A DNA stretch of 64,000 nt, taken from positions 8,122,001 through 8,186,000 of the forward strand of contig OZ024749.1 in assembly GCA_964016885.1 (NCBI GenBank), given 5' to 3'. Below, piece after piece: positions 1 through 14,504 of the stretch. The stretch is from Eledone cirrhosa. Taxonomy: Eukaryota. Made by a program: the position numbers and the translations under genes. The first letter of the stretch is position 1. Every line of letters starts with the position of its first letter. The notes beneath the pieces were generated by a model. That model saw only the letters and a program-made list of their open reading frames with translations, was not told the origin of the DNA and did not search any database.

Positions 1-893
1 TATTTATATATATTTATATATATATATATATGCATACATATATATATGTATATATATATGCATATACACATATATACATACATACATATATATATGTATG
101 TATATATATATGCATATACACATATATACATACATATATATATATATGTATATATATACGCATATACACATATATACATACATACATATATGTATGTATA
201 TATATATGCATATACACATATATACATACATACATATATGTATATATATATATATGCATATACACATATATACATACATACATATATATATGTATATATA
301 TATGCATATACACATATATACATACATACATATATATATATGTATATATATGCATATACACATATATACATACATACATATATATATATGTATATATAAA
401 TGCATATACACATATATATATATACATACATATATATATATGTATATATATATGCATATACACATATATACATACATACATACATGTATATATATATGCA
501 TATACACATATATACATAAATTCATACATACATGTATATATATATGCATATACACATATATACATACATTCATACATACATGTATATATATATGCATATA
601 CACATATATACATACATACATACATACATACATACATACATACATACATGTATATATATATGCATATACACATACACACATACATATATATATACATACA
701 TATATATATATATATGCATATACACATATATATATATACATATACACATATACATACATATATATATATATATGCATATACACATATACATACATATATA
801 TATATGCATATACACATACATACATATATATATATACATACATATATACATACATACATACATATATACATACATACATACATATATACATAC

Positions 894-924
<31 letters not shown>

Positions 925-990
925 TGTATGTATGTATGTATGTATGTATGTATGTATGTATGTATGTATGTATGTATATATGAATATATA
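1..990. repeat. Compound microsatellite/minisatellite: (TA)/(TACA)-based units followed by (TATG)n
   Basis: Directly visible. It produces the spurious YI/HT/VC-rich ORFs. Confidence 0.97.
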
Positions 991-1054
991 TGTCCTAAGG
1001 TTCTGATACCATCAACACTATAAACACAGAGCTGGCATATCTGAGAACTGACTA

Positions 1055-1110
1055 ACTGCCTGATGAGGTCATAGCCATTCAATGGCTATCATCGAAATAT
1101 ATATAGCAGT
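1055..1110 (+). ncRNA. Type I hammerhead ribozyme, family A (complete)
   Basis: actgc-CTGATGA-ggtc atagccat tca atggctat catc-GAAA-T atat ATA-gcagt. Stem I actgc/gcagt, 8-bp inner stem II, palindromic loop III, predicted cleavage after AUA at 1105. Confidence 0.85.
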
Positions 1111-1151
1111 AAATAAAGGATTATGAGTTCATGCAATTGACTTATGTTTCG

Positions 1152-1183
<32 letters not shown>

Positions 1184-1186
<3 letters not shown>

Positions 1187-1261
1187 GCCTCGTCCGACGA
1201 ACGAATGAAGACGTTTCTTTCGTATTCGCCTTATTCGGGAAACCTCTGGTAATGAGGTAAT
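1184..1261 (+). ncRNA. Hammerhead ribozyme, family B, variant core CCGACGA
   Basis: Stem I attgcctcgt/atgaggtaat, GAAAC-ctctg-GTA. Paralog of the intact-core copy at 17312-17387. Confidence 0.65.
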
Positions 1262-1364
1262 TATATTGTATTGTTGTTTTTTATACATTAAATTTTGCTC
1301 TGGTACTTACATAGATCACTCTTCACTCCTATGACTTTTTCTGTTTTCGACGGAAACTTCAATA

Positions 1365-1440
<76 letters not shown>

Positions 1441-1446
1441 AAAAGT

Positions 1447-1968
1447 ATCATATACATGTTTTATAACATATATATTTTATCATATACCTGTCTTGTAACA
1501 TATATATTTTATCATATAACTGTTTTGTAACATATATATCTTATCATATATCTGTTTTATAACATATATATCTTATCATATATCTGTTTTATAACATATA
1601 TATCTTATCATATATCTGTTTTATAACATATATATCTTATCATATATCTGTTTTATAACATATATATCTTATATATTTGTTTTATAACATATATATCTTA
1701 TCATATATCTGTTTTATAACATATATATCTTATATATCTGTTTTATAACATATATATCTTATATATTTGTTTTATAACATATATATCTTATCATATATCT
1801 GTTTTATAACATATATATCTTATCATATATCTGTTTTATAACATATATATCTTATATATTTGTTTTATAACATATATATCTTATCATATATCTGTTTTAT
1901 AACATATATATCTTATCATATATCTGTTTTATAACATATATATCTTATCATATATCTGTTTTATAATA
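1447..1968. repeat. 32-bp AT-rich minisatellite with 29-bp variants
   Basis: Unit tatatcttatcatatatctgttttataacata, about 16 copies. Confidence 0.95.
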
Positions 1969-2070
1969 TGTAAATGTCACCATACATGGGTTGTAGATCC
2001 TGATTCCAAGGCTTACAAATCATTTGATAAAGACACTTTTGAAGTGTATCATGTAATATTATTATATATA

Positions 2071-2730
2071 GGTTGGATTGGCAGTATCGGTAGAGGGTCG
2101 GACGCCATGCTTTCCAGCATAGAGTTACGTCCCTTTACGGTCTGAGTTCAAATCCCGCCGAGGATGACTTTGCCTTTCATCCTTACGGGGTAGATAAAAT
2201 AAAGTACCAGTAATGCACTGGGTAATTGCTGGCCTTGTGCCTAAAGTAGAAACAATTATTATATATATGAGTCGGACACCATGCTTTGACGCAAAGAGTT
2301 ACGGCCCTTTCCATTCTGAGTTCAAATCCCGCCGAGGTTAACTTTGCCTTTCATTCTTACGGGGTCTATAATATAAAGTACCAGTAATACACTGGGTTTT
2401 TGCTGGCCTTGTTCCAAACGTAGGAACAATTATTATATATATGTTCACAACTAGCAATGACTTCGCCTTGGATAACTCGCATTGGCTATGGTACTGCCCC
2501 TGCGCAATGCTTGGTCGGTGGATTGGCAGATTTGGCAGAGCGTCAGACAGCATGCTTAGTGGCATAGAGTCATGGCCCTTTACGTCTGAGTTCACATTCC
2601 GCATGGTTAGCTTTGTATTTCATTCTTACGGGGTCGATAAAAGAAGTTACCAGTAATGCACTGGGGTCGATTTAATCGACTTACCCTTTGCCCAAAAATT
2701 GTTAGCTTTGTGCTTCAATCGGAATATTCT
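2071..2730 (+). mobile_element. Cluster of three tRNA-derived SINE copies (family 1)
   Basis: A-box-like TGGCAGTATCGG, B box GTTCAAATCC, body ctttgcctttcatccttacgggg...aaagtaccagtaatgcactggg...gtagaaacaattatta. Copies at about 2071, 2270 and 2515. Confidence 0.9.
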
Positions 2731-3339
2731 ATATATATCTATGTTTTAGGTGGACAGAATGGACAGTGGGGGAAACATGGCGGCATATTCCAGTTATATA
2801 ATAGAACCCTTTGATAGCTTCTTTGTCGTGATTCAATGATCACAAATCAAATCTACATAAGTCTAAGTCAGTCTAATTAAACGTTCATTGATATCTTTGC
2901 AATATCAGAGAGGAACTGCTACAGTACAATATGTTGCTATATTAACATTTTGCGTGTATTCGTTAGCAATTCCCTTTCAAGTGTTTGTGAAATGAATTAT
3001 CTCCATTCAGTCCCGTGGCGATGAGATCAGCCTTCACGAGAGACAGCCATAAGAATGGTAATGAACGTATTGATCGCTATTTAATTAATAGATCAGTCGG
3101 CTCACTGAGTTTACAGCACACTGCCCGCATTAAAATAAGTACCACCCATCGTCTTCTAAGTTCCACTTACAAACGCCAAGTGACAACAGAAGCAACAATT
3201 TGAAAGGAAAACAGTGGGATTGAAGCTCAGGGAAGGTGAGGGGGGGGGGCAAGAGAACTTACTCTCAAACCATATATTTAGACACACATAAACAAACATA
3301 CAAGGACACACATCCCCGTGTATATATATATATATAAAG

Positions 3340-3553
3340 GAGACGATCGACTTTCGTCAAATTGGACCGAGGGAACAATGTTTCCGTTGGTCTTTCCAAT
3401 TGCTAATACTATCTATCGGTCGCAACTCCAGGTAGAAGGAGCAACGTGAAATAAAGTGTCTTGCTCAAGGACATAACGCATCGCCTGGTCCAGGAATCGA
3501 ACTCACAGCCTTACGATTGCGAATCCAATTCTCTAACCACTCAGCCACACGCC
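3340..3553 (-). mobile_element. tRNA-derived SINE, family 2
   Basis: Minus strand reads TGGCTGAGTGG (A box) ... GTTCGATTCC (B box), then gtccttgagcaagacactttatttcac. Confidence 0.8.
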
Positions 3554-3782
<229 letters not shown>

Positions 3783-3789
3783 GTTGCGA

Positions 3790-4048
3790 CGGTAAACAGA
3801 AAACAAAGAAAAAACTAAAAAAAACGTGGAAGCGCGAAGAGGCTGTACAAATACCAGTAATGTACTGCGATACTTGCTGGCCTTGTGTCAAAAGTAAAAA
3901 AAAACAATTAGTAGTTTCACACTTGAGAGTAGAGGGGGGGGGGACGTTTCGGGCATAAGCCCTTCATCGGGAGAAAAGTGGACAGAAAGAGAGCTCCGAG
4001 GGTGTGTGTGGGTGAGTGGTGGAAAGACATATCTGTCTCTAAATATCT

Positions 4049-4050
<2 letters not shown>
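3790..4050 (-). mobile_element. Solo PLE pseudo-LTR fragment with a minimal HHR motif at 3943-3975
   Basis: Homologous to 11690-11860. Minus strand reads CCGATGA-agggc ttat gccc-GAAAC-GTC. A SINE 3' fragment lies at about 3852-3910. Flanked by (TA)n. Confidence 0.75.
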
Positions 4051-4096
<46 letters not shown>

Positions 4097-4192
4097 CTTC
4101 AGAAATCGAGTTACACCATCAGCAAATAATTGTTTTTAATCTTATACCTATATATCGACAACACAACGTTGTTATTTATCGCTACACACACA

Positions 4193-4237
<45 letters not shown>

Positions 4238-4249
4238 TTTTTTTTCTTC

Positions 4250-4700
4250 CTCTACTTCACCCACTTATTCATGAGAGGGTCATGGGGGTAGAGTCCTCAA
4301 ACACTCCTTCCAACGGGTCCTGTCAGAATCAACCATCACCAACTGGATCACCAATCAAGACCAGTCAAGCTCATGGATGTTATCCAAACATCTTGCTCGG
4401 CGTCTAACCTTGGGTCTCTTGTCGGTTGGTTTTGCTCGTACAATCTGTCCAGCAACTCTTTCCTGAGACATTCTAACAACAAGCCCATAGTATCGGAGCT
4501 GTGATCTCTCAAATCAGAGAAGTAGCAGCACAACCTGGATAAACTCTCTAATCTACGAATTACAAAGACTCTTCGGCGGATGAATCCCATTTCGACCACC
4601 TGTATTCGCGATCGTATTCATTCAGTCATTACTCAAAATTCATGTACATAGGTAAGGGGCTGGCACGAAATCCGAATTGAAGATAGCGAACTGGGCACCC
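4250..4700 (-). pseudogene. RTE-clade LINE 3' fragment (post-RT region)
   Basis: Minus translation EF*VMTE*IRSRIQVVEMGFIRRR resembles the RTE C-terminal motif E.W.......RIQA.EM.FLRR. Stops are present. Confidence 0.75.
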
Positions 4701-4911
4701 CCTACCCACCCACACACACATACATACACACGCATATACACACATACACACACACATATATATATATAGGGAACGTATCATCCAGTTACTGTAAGTTCGC
4801 CAGAGTGAGCTCTCTATGCATAGTTTCGAGTCAGTAAAGAAGTGAAGAACTAAACAGAGTGTATATATAATAAAATGGCGATTTGTTATGCCTTCATTAC
4901 GTTTATTGATT

Positions 4912-4998
4912 AGAGACGCGCGTTTCGCTATTGATCAGCTCAAGGGTCCATCTATATCGTTCTAGCCAGACTCGGGAATCAAAAGCTCATCGGACCCC
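4912..4998 (-). ncRNA. Degenerate hammerhead motif with long stem II insert
   Basis: CCGATGA-GCT...AGC-GAAAC-GCGC-GTC with palindromic loop III. Stem I pairing is weak. Confidence 0.5.
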
Positions 4999-5170
4999 TG
5001 CTGTGGTAATGACAGAATGAACCTGTAGGGGCTTAGAATGGGCTATAACGGTTCATATTCATTTATGGTGGTCAGTTACTGTTGTAATAATTGGTGGTTT
5101 TGCTCTAAGGAATGTTTTGGTGTGTGTGATAGGTGGGGCGAACGATTATAATATATATATATATATATAT

Positions 5171-5351
5171 ATAACGAAGGAAAAGTGGTAAGGAACCAGA
5201 TGGACCATAACGCACCAAAGTACTCAATAATTAGGGTAGTCGATTGGGTAATAGGAACGAGTAGGACACCGACGGCTGAGCTCAAGCCGTTTCGACGGCT
5301 AATTCTGGACCCAGAAACGGCTTGAGCTCAGCCATCGGGGTCCTACTCGTT

Positions 5352-5356
<5 letters not shown>
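5171..5356 (-). mobile_element. Family C pLTR-like cassette with inverted duplication (3' half of an HHR)
   Basis: Matches 16780-17185, 27057-27195, 57356-57467 and 63548-63960. Contains GAAAC-ggct tgagctc agcc/t-GTC. Flanked by (TA)n. Confidence 0.8.
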
Positions 5357-5413
<57 letters not shown>

Positions 5414-5461
5414 CCTTCGCCCCACCTACCATATACACCAAAATTCCTTATAGCAAAACCA

Positions 5462-5515
<54 letters not shown>

Positions 5516-5900
5516 TAAAACACCATCATACATATACAAAATATCTATAAGTGTATTCATAAATGTTATACCAAATACAATTTTAATGAAATTTTATTTA
5601 AAACTAAACGGAATATAGTTCATATATAAAAATGTGGACTATATAAAAATAAGAAATAAACGTTATTGGAAATTAATCTTAAAAAGAATTTACATTATCA
5701 AAATGAAAAGACTTCATATTATACTAGTGTGAAGTAAAATTGTAAATATTATAAATAACATAAAACTATAAATAATAAATCGAACATTAGCGATACAAAC
5801 ATTAGAGAACAGACTTTAAACTTTAAATACCAGAAATATAATATAAAGAGAATATTCTCTATATATATATACATGTGCATATGAATATGAATATATATAT

Positions 5901-5932
<32 letters not shown>

Positions 5933-5967
5933 TTGTTAGTATATATATATAATATATATATATATAT

Positions 5968-6975
5968 ACTAGCAGCAATACCCAGCGTTGCCTGGGTAGG
6001 TAAAATAATATCTGCTTTGATGAAGAGGTGTTGATCTTAGCGACTGCTTCTCGATGACTCATCTATGGCCACACACAGGCCATGCGGGGGAGGGTGGTGA
6101 TGGCCACTATCACTGAGAAACGCGGGTGAATGACGTAGGGGCATGTAGGGGGAGGGAGGTAATGACCTCTAACACTAAGCCAAATTTCCTCACGCTACTT
6201 GATTGGAAACCGATGAATTCTCAAATGCACAACTAAGCTCAGATGACGTCCGCGGCCATCGTTTTGCCTTTGACCATCTATAAGAGGTGCAATGATAGGT
6301 TCTATCGTAGTATAAAAGTTGAACCAAATAAATTGATTTATGTGTGAGGTGGAGCTGAAGTTTCGAATTTGAACGAAATCGGTTGAAAAATGTGGGAGCT
6401 AGAGCCGAAAAGGCGCAAATTTGAGCGAAAAGGTGGTATTTTCGAATATTTAAGCGGCTGCCACGCCGTTCCTGAACAAAACATCCAAAATGTAAAGCCA
6501 CTTTTGGACGTGAAATAATCAGATCTGGCGTAGTGTAAAATTTGAACACAGTAGGTTGATTAATGTGGTAGCTAAAGCCGAAAAAGTGGAAATTTGAGTC
6601 TAAAAGTGGTATTTTTGAATATTTAAGCGGCAGCCACGCCGTCCCTATACAACAAATGCAAAATATAAAGCGAGTACAGGATGTGCAATGACAAATTCTA
6701 TTGTGCTTTAAAATTTGAACGAAATCGCTGGCAAAATGTGGGAGCTAGAGCCAAACATCTTATTTTTCGATACCTAAAAAAAGGTGACCCCTTATCGATT
6801 TTTATCTGCAGATTGACCCCAGAATTTAAAAAAAACGATACGCTGATATATAGAAAACACTCCCCGATGACTAATCTATGAGCCTGTAAAGTTTCGTGAA
6901 AATCGGTTGTAAGATGTAGGCCCCTATAGGTAATACACAGACACACAGACACACACACATACTTAATTTTATATA
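5968..6975 (+). mobile_element. Non-autonomous Helitron/Helentron-like (DINE/HINE-type) element
   Basis: Starts actagc...acccagcgttgcctgggt (short hairpin). Repeated aatttgaacgaaatcg...aaaatgtgggagctagagcc. Ends aaagtttcgtgaaaatcggtt...(CACAGA)n...ttttatatat, typical of this class. Confidence 0.6.
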
Positions 6976-6999
6976 TATACATATACAGATATATATATT

Positions 7000-7420
7000 G
7001 TAATTCCTCGCCTGCACCACAGACGGTCGCTGAGCTTTCCAAATGACTCACTTCCCTTACTAACACGTAGACCAACTTCTGCATCCAGAGAGCAGGTCAC
7101 ACTCAGAGTACTCCCCAAATACACAATTGTGTCAGCAGCCTTCAGCTTTTCACCGTACACATGTATGGAGGGTTCATTGGAAACTTTAACCGGAGCAGGC
7201 TGGTCCATGACGACAGTCTTATTCAGACTCATTGTCAGTCCCAAAGCACTGCACGCATTGGAAAACGAATCCATAAGGTGTTGCATGTCACTCTGGGAGT
7301 GTGCAAAGAGATCACAATCATCCGCATACAGAAATTCTCTGATCAAGGTACTCAGTACCTTAGTGTTGGCAGTGAGACAGCTGAAGTTGATCAGCTTGCC
7401 GGGAGTGCGATATCTTGTTA
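7000..7420 (-). pseudogene. RTE (BovB-like) reverse transcriptase fragment
   Basis: ORF 6969-7556 contains LYADDCDL..HSQSDMQ.L.DSFS.AC..LGLT.SLNKT and YLGSTLS...AEV..RVSK.S..FGKL..RLW. Confidence 0.9.
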
Positions 7421-8081
7421 GATATTGACTGATTGGAAGATAGAAGTTCTTGAAAGAGAAACTTGGCGTGGAATGGTAAAGGATGGGGCCTATAATCAAA
7501 CGTGATGTGCGTAAGCAATGCCCTGGTGTATCTCTTGAACCAATCGGTGTCTCCATTGAATTGGTGTGCCCTGATTAAGCAAATATTAACTTAAGCAAAT
7601 CTAGTCCCAGGAGCCACTGTCGCAGCCATGTACAGAGAGAACCAGTGAAATGTGATCTCCACGGTATTGTGAGGGTTCACAGTCAACCTAATGCAAGACC
7701 TCAGGCCAGGGAGATCCATAGTTGACGTCAATGTGTGAAGGAGTGCAAGTCTCTATCAGGCTTGTAAAGCCATATCCGAGTGTCACACACCTGAATCTGA
7801 TAAGCGATTGCAATACTCTTAGCAGAGTTTGCAGCCATCATATATATATACACACACACACATATATAGTTTGGCTGAGAGAGTGAACTGACTAAGCGAA
7901 TTTCGTTGAAATCTGCGGTAGCTAATGGTCAACTTCCTTCGGAAATGCGCCTGCGCAGACCGGTGGGGGTGAATTGGTACTCACAGGGGAACGGATGAAG
8001 AACCCAAAAGCACACACTTCATCCGTTCCCATGTCGATTCAATTTGGATTGCCTCGGAAACATAACCTTATTATGTAACAA

Positions 8082-8155
8082 GCTGCCTGATGATGACACG
8101 ACACTCGCACACAGAACAGTGTGGCCAGTGTCGTCATTGAAATATATATCACAGC
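8082..8155 (+). ncRNA. Type I hammerhead ribozyme, family D
   Basis: gctgc-CTGATGA-long stem II (acgacact..cacac/gtgtg..agtgtcgt)-GAAA-T atat ATC-acagc. An upstream 14-bp hairpin gggaacggatgaag/cttcatccgttccc lies at about 7987-8030. Confidence 0.75.
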
Positions 8156-8278
8156 ATTATTATTAAAGGACTTGAACATCTGAAACTACTTCGCTTTTCC
8201 TTATTCGATATTTACTCCGTCACACCTATGTGGAAAAAGTACGTTGAGTGCTTGAATTGAATTGCATCAATGTTTACC

Positions 8279-8346
<68 letters not shown>

Positions 8347-8799
8347 GATATAATGAAGGAATGATAAATAACAGGGATAATCTATATAATAGGGATTATT
8401 CCAGGTATTAACATATGTTTCATTGGCTAGTATGAGATTGGATGTGACTTGTTGAGTCAAACAATGCCGCAGGCTAAAGTCCCCCACGGTACATATTACT
8501 CGTAAGCTATACTTGGATTACCTTATACGATACCTCGTTTACGTCAATACTGTGTGTGTATATATATATATATATCAAAAGAAACAGGGCCCCGACTGCT
8601 GAGCTCCAGCCCTTTCTACAGCTATTTCGGATTTAGCTGTCGAAACGGCCGGAGCTCAACCGTCGAGGATGTGAATCTATTAATATTTCCCACTCTACTA
8701 CGGCAAGTATGGAGTACTCACGTGCGTTATGGTCCACCTGGTATCTTACCGCAACCTCTTTGTTATAAATATATATATATATTTATATATATTTATATA

Positions 8800-8933
8800 T
8801 ATAAGGAAAAAAGATGGAAATCGAAAATGCAACTGGAGTCTTTTTTTTTTTTTAGTTCTTCTGTTTTTCTAAAGTAGAATTGAGATGGACGGTTTGTGGT
8901 TTTTCAAAAACCACAAACCGTCCATCTCAATTC

Positions 8934-8936
<3 letters not shown>
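8800..8936. repeat. Family E cassette end with a hairpin of about 30-bp arms
   Basis: tagaattgagatggacggtttgtggttttt c aaaaaccacaaaccgtccatctcaattcta. Homologous to the 25442-25745 palindrome. Confidence 0.85.
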
Positions 8937-8965
<29 letters not shown>

Positions 8966-8977
8966 ACTTACAGATAT

Positions 8978-9060
<83 letters not shown>

Positions 9061-9126
9061 TATGTATAGTATATTTGGCAATATACCGTATGATATATAT
9101 ATATATATATGTATACTTACAGATAT

Positions 9127-9215
<89 letters not shown>

Positions 9216-9560
9216 TATGTATAGTATATTTGGCAATATACCGTATGATATATATATATATATATATGTGCGTGTGTGTGTGTGTATAATCTAATCTCAT
9301 CTGGCCGAGTTTACACTCGCGAATAAGAAGAACCAGGGTCGCCCTTAGGAGCTTTGGATTTGGTGTACTTCATATTTGTATCAGTTGCTGACTATAATCA
9401 GGTGTTGCTGCTTTTCCTGAAGTTCAATAATTCTCTTCTAACTCGAGTGGGGGCGCTTTTCAATGCGTGCAGCTGGAACTACTCCCATCCATTGATTTCG
9501 CAGTTTTTTTGTGTTTTTGTAGATGGCCGTTGACTGTTATGGGTTCTTCTGTCCTTTGTC

Positions 9561-9743
<183 letters not shown>

Positions 9744-9745
9744 TG

Positions 9746-9830
<85 letters not shown>

Positions 9831-10515
9831 TGTGCTTCCAGTCAGAGTATGATATATAGAATAAATAATTATAATTTCACTTTTTAGTAGATAAACTTAT
9901 TAAAAAAGGAATTAAACACATTTCGCTCATCTTATCCTCATACATAACATCTGGTTACAGTATAGATTTGGGGAGCAGGGCGGGGAAATGTTAAAAGAAT
10001 TGTAAAATTGCATAAAAATAATGTAAAAATATATTCTTAACCATAATTACGTATTTTAATGTAATTTTTTCAAATATATTATTTCTACTGTGACATTTGA
10101 TTAACAGATTTTGATGACATTCGTTTAAATATTTTGTTACACCAAATCGTCTAAAGAAGAGAAAAATAGAAGATAAATGTAAACAAATTCGTTTAATGTG
10201 TTCCCCCGTGAGTGATTATATTTATATACAGCAATATACATTAAAAGTTTGGCTATTACTTTCTATAGTTCTAGCAATAGGTATGTACAAATGGCTTTAT
10301 TCAAAACATGTTACATGATACATTTATTTTGGCGAAAACTCATATATATTCTTAATATACAGGTTCACACACACTCACATAAGCAAATACACACACACAC
10401 ACACACACACACAATCACCTATGAATATATATATATATATATATACACCTATATATACTGTATATATATATATATATATACACACCTATATATACTGTAT
10501 ATATATATGTATATA

Positions 10516-10554
<39 letters not shown>

Positions 10555-10635
10555 CTATATATACTGTATATATATATACACACCTATATATACTGTATAT
10601 ATATGTATATATATATTTATACACACCTATATATA

Positions 10636-10675
<40 letters not shown>

Positions 10676-10721
10676 CTATATATACTGTGTATATATATAT
10701 ATATATATACACCTATATATA

Positions 10722-10785
<64 letters not shown>

Positions 10786-11040
10786 TTATATATACTGTAT
10801 ATATATATATATACACCTATATATATATACACCTATATATATATATATATACAGTATATATGTATATATACACCTATATATATGTATATATACACATACC
10901 TATATATATACATATATGTATATGTACACATACCTATATATATATATATATATATAAATATATGTATATATACACATACCTATATATATATATATATGTG
11001 TACACACACCTATATATATACATATATATACACACACACA

Positions 11041-11117
<77 letters not shown>

Positions 11118-11689
11118 CTATATATATATATGTGTGTTTGTTTAATAACATCTGGTCGAGAGCTTATTCTGATGGTTAGCGGAAATTATATTTCCTTTGT
11201 CTAACATTTTGAATGACTCGCCAAAAACCGGGGGTTATTTCCATTGCTGGAAATAACACGTGACAACTATATATACGATATGCTGCACTTAGCGGCAACA
11301 TTTAGCTTCTCACCCCGTTCTTTGGTAGAACGAAACCTGTTAATAACTGCATCCTCTGTTCGATCATAATTACCACGAGCTTGGAGTTACGTAAGTCTGA
11401 TATTTGATTTCGGATTCATAGAAACACTTTAAACGTATAACGTTTAATTTGTCCAGGTGTATTTTTCTCAACCTGTTAGTTTTTTTGTTACTTTGGTATA
11501 TTGTGTGTTAGATTTTGCCTACCACAATGTTCGATTTGTCAAGCTATTTAAACGTATGTTATTACTCTGGGGACCTACCTTGTCGAGTGCTTTGCTAACT
11601 CATTCACATAGTAGGCCGAATTTGCTTGCACATCGCCAGAGATTCGATTTTACTAAATATCCAATTATATATATATATAATGGAAAATT

Positions 11690-14470
11690 TGAACAGGAAC
11701 AAAACAGAGAGGCAGTACAACGAATGTTTATTAATTTCACGCTCTTGAGAGTGGGGTGGGGGTGGGGAACGACGTTTCGGGCATAAGCCCTTCTTCAGGT
11801 GAAAAGTGTGTGGGAAGAGAGTTCAAAGGGTGTGTAAGGGCGAGGTGGAGAGACATATAGCAAAAAGGGGGTGGGAGGAAACGGTGCAAATGAAATTAAA
11901 AATAAAAACATGATCAAAATAAAATTAAAATGGGGTAAAACAGGTGGTGGAAGGGTGTGGGGCGTATACGTGTGGTGGCGGGTGGAGTGGGGAGAAGGAG
12001 ACGGGGTGTCCGAGCGGGGAAGGCTGAAGGTGGTGTGTGTGTGTAGGTGTACGTGTGTGTGTGTGTGTGTATGTGAAAGCAAGGGTTGGGGGAAGAACGG
12101 GTTTGCATGTTCAGGAAGAGGTGTGTGTGGGGTGGGGTGTAGGTCGGAGTGTGTGTGCGTGTGTGGATAGAGGGGTGGGGGAGAGGAATCCGGAGTCTGA
12201 ATGTGTAAATATGTGGTGGAACGCACGTGCGTGTGTGGTGTTTAAGCGTGTTGTGGGTGTAGGTGGCGTGTGGGAAAACATTTTTTTTTTTGGGGGGGGG
12301 GGGAGTCATAAAGGTGATTCCGTAAGAAGATGTGGTGGAATGGTTAGTAAAATCCTAGGATGGTGGTTGATTCCGCGGTCCAGGTCCACATACGTGTAAT
12401 CCGTGAAGAGATTGGTCGGAAGAGGGGAGATGTGGGGTGCGCGCGCAACAGGAAGTGGTCAAGGCAGTAGGAGTGCTGTGTGTCTGTGTGTGCTGGGAGG
12501 TGGTCAGATGGCATAGCAGCAGTAGGGTGGAATGGTAAAGGGGAGAGGATGGGTAGGTGTGAAAGTTGGAGTGAGGAGAGGGTGTGTGTGTATTAGTAGA
12601 GGTGTTAGTGGGATGAGTGAGTGTTTGAGAAAGGGTGTGGGTGGATCGGGGAGAGAAGGGTGTGGGGGTCGATGGAGGGAGTGTGGTGTACTGGTGTGTG
12701 TGTGTAGTTTGATGAAGGCGGTGTTAGTGTGTGTTAGTATACAGGAGGTGGAGAAAGGGTTGAATGCGGGTGTAAGTGGGGGTCAGTGGTGGTAGGGTGT
12801 GTAGAGTTGGTGGTGTAAGAGGGTGTGTGTGTACGTGTGCGTGGGGTTGGGGTGTGTTAGTGATGTTAGTTGCGTGTAGGGTGGGTGGTGTAAGTGGGTG
12901 TGTGTGTTCGTGTGCTTGGGGTCAGGGGGTGTTAGTGATGTTAGTTGCGGGGTGATGGGGTGGATGTGTGGGGGTGAGGGTTAGTGGTGGTAGTAGGGTG
13001 TGTGTTTAGTGTGAGCGCGTGTATATATGTGCCGGTGGGTGTGTGCGTGTGATAAGGAGGAGGGGAGGAGAAGAAGGGAGGGATGTTAGTATGTTAGTTG
13101 GGGAAGGGTGGTCGGATGTTGGGTGGAGTGGAGGTGTTAGTATTGTTAGTTGTGGGGTGGGCGGTGAAAAGGAGGGGTGTGTTAGTGGTGTTAGTGGGGG
13201 ATATGTGTGGGGGAAGGGGGCGGTCGAAGGCTAAAGGAATAAGGGTGGGGAGTTCAGGCCGGGGGGAGTGTGGGTCTGTAAGATGAAGATGGTTTGTTGT
13301 TCAACTCTTAGGAGATTGGCGGGTGTTCCGCGGCATTGGAGTAGGCGACAGACTGTGAGATGGCGTGCGGAATGTCCAGGGGCACCAAAGTGGCGGGCGA
13401 TGGGGGAACTACCACCGAGACGAATATCCCGGAGGTGCTCAGTGAATCTGTCCGCCAGGCGACGTCCAGTCTAGGTTGGAGGAGGTGCAGCGGAAGGCAT
13501 GCCGGACAGAGAGAGAGTGGCCGTTGGGAGTCTGGAAGGTGGTGGTGTTGGTGATGTGGGGACAGGTGTTGCAGCGGAGCCTAGAACAGGGAAAGGAACC
13601 GGGGGGGGAGAGCGTGAGTTGGGGGGTAGGGAGCTGTGGACGAGGAGGGTGCGGAGATTGCGTGCACGTTTGAAGGAGGGGAGTGGTGGGGCTGGGAAGA
13701 TGTGGGAAGTGGAGGGGTTGGACAATGCCGCGGAACACCCGCCAATCTCCTAAGAGTTGAACAACGAACCATCTTCATCTTACAGACCCACACTCCCCCC
13801 GGCCTGAACTGGAGGGGTCGGAAGAGGCGGCGGATGGTGCGGTGGAGGGGTAAGGTGGAGGGGTGGTTGGTGATGGGGAAGGGGAGACGGTGGGTGAGTG
13901 TCTGGTGGCATGGGGTGAGGGTGGTGGAGCGGTGGACAGCACGGGCGCGGGTGAGAGCGGTGTGGACGAGAGAGAGGGGGTAACCTCTGCGGATGAAATG
14001 GCTGACTAGGGAAAGGGCCTGGGACTCAAAGTCGGCATCTCGGCTGCAGAGGCGGCGGATCCCGAGGAGTTGGGAGTAGGGAATAGAATGTTTAGTGTGT
14101 GTGGGATGGGAAGAGGTGAAGTCGAGGTAAGAGTGGGAGTCGGTGGGTTTGAAGAAGGCGGAGGTGACGAGGGAGTGGTGGGAGGGTCGAAGGCGACGGA
14201 GATGTCTAAGAAGTGAACGTGGGTGGTGGAGATAGAGGTGGTGAAGTGGAGGGAGGGGTGGAAGGAGCAGAAGAAGGAGATAAAGGAGTCGAGATGAAGG
14301 CTGCAACCCTTGCGCATAGATAGATTAGTTTGTATCAGCGGTCGGGGTCTTGAGTCTTTTGATATATATATATTTTGTTAAAGTAAACAGAGTACAAAAA
14401 ACAGAAACACAAAGAGGCAGTACAAATGTTATTATTATTGGATTCACGCTTGAGAGTGTGGGGGGGGGGG
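11690..14470 (-). mobile_element. 5'-truncated Penelope-like element (Neptune-like): RT thumb, Zn linker, GIY-YIG remnant, long GT-rich 3' region, pLTR with HHR motif
   Basis: Minus frames give VHFLDI, FFKPTDSHSYLDFTSSHP.H.K.SIPYSQL..IRRLCS, FIRRGYP, PLPSFKRARNLRTLLVHS, CSRLRCNTCPHI, RRLADRFTEHLRDIR...PIARHF and LQTHTPPGLN. The pLTR end (11690-11770) recurs at 14385-14470. Confidence 0.9.
11771..11806 (-). ncRNA. Minimal PLE-type hammerhead motif
   Basis: CTGAAGA-agggc ttat gccc-GAAAC-GTC inside the pLTR. Stem I partner is unclear. Confidence 0.65.
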
Positions 14471-14504
14471 ATATATGTATATATATTATATATATAAAAA
14501 TATA

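Noticed and set aside
2071-2160. A and B boxes as a tRNA gene
   Set aside because: No cloverleaf is evident, and the boxes continue into a multi-copy SINE body.
11800-13230. GT-rich ORFs and G-rich tracts as coding or telomeric sequence
   Set aside because: This is the low-complexity 3' region of the minus-strand PLE. There is no regular telomeric repeat and no protein motif.
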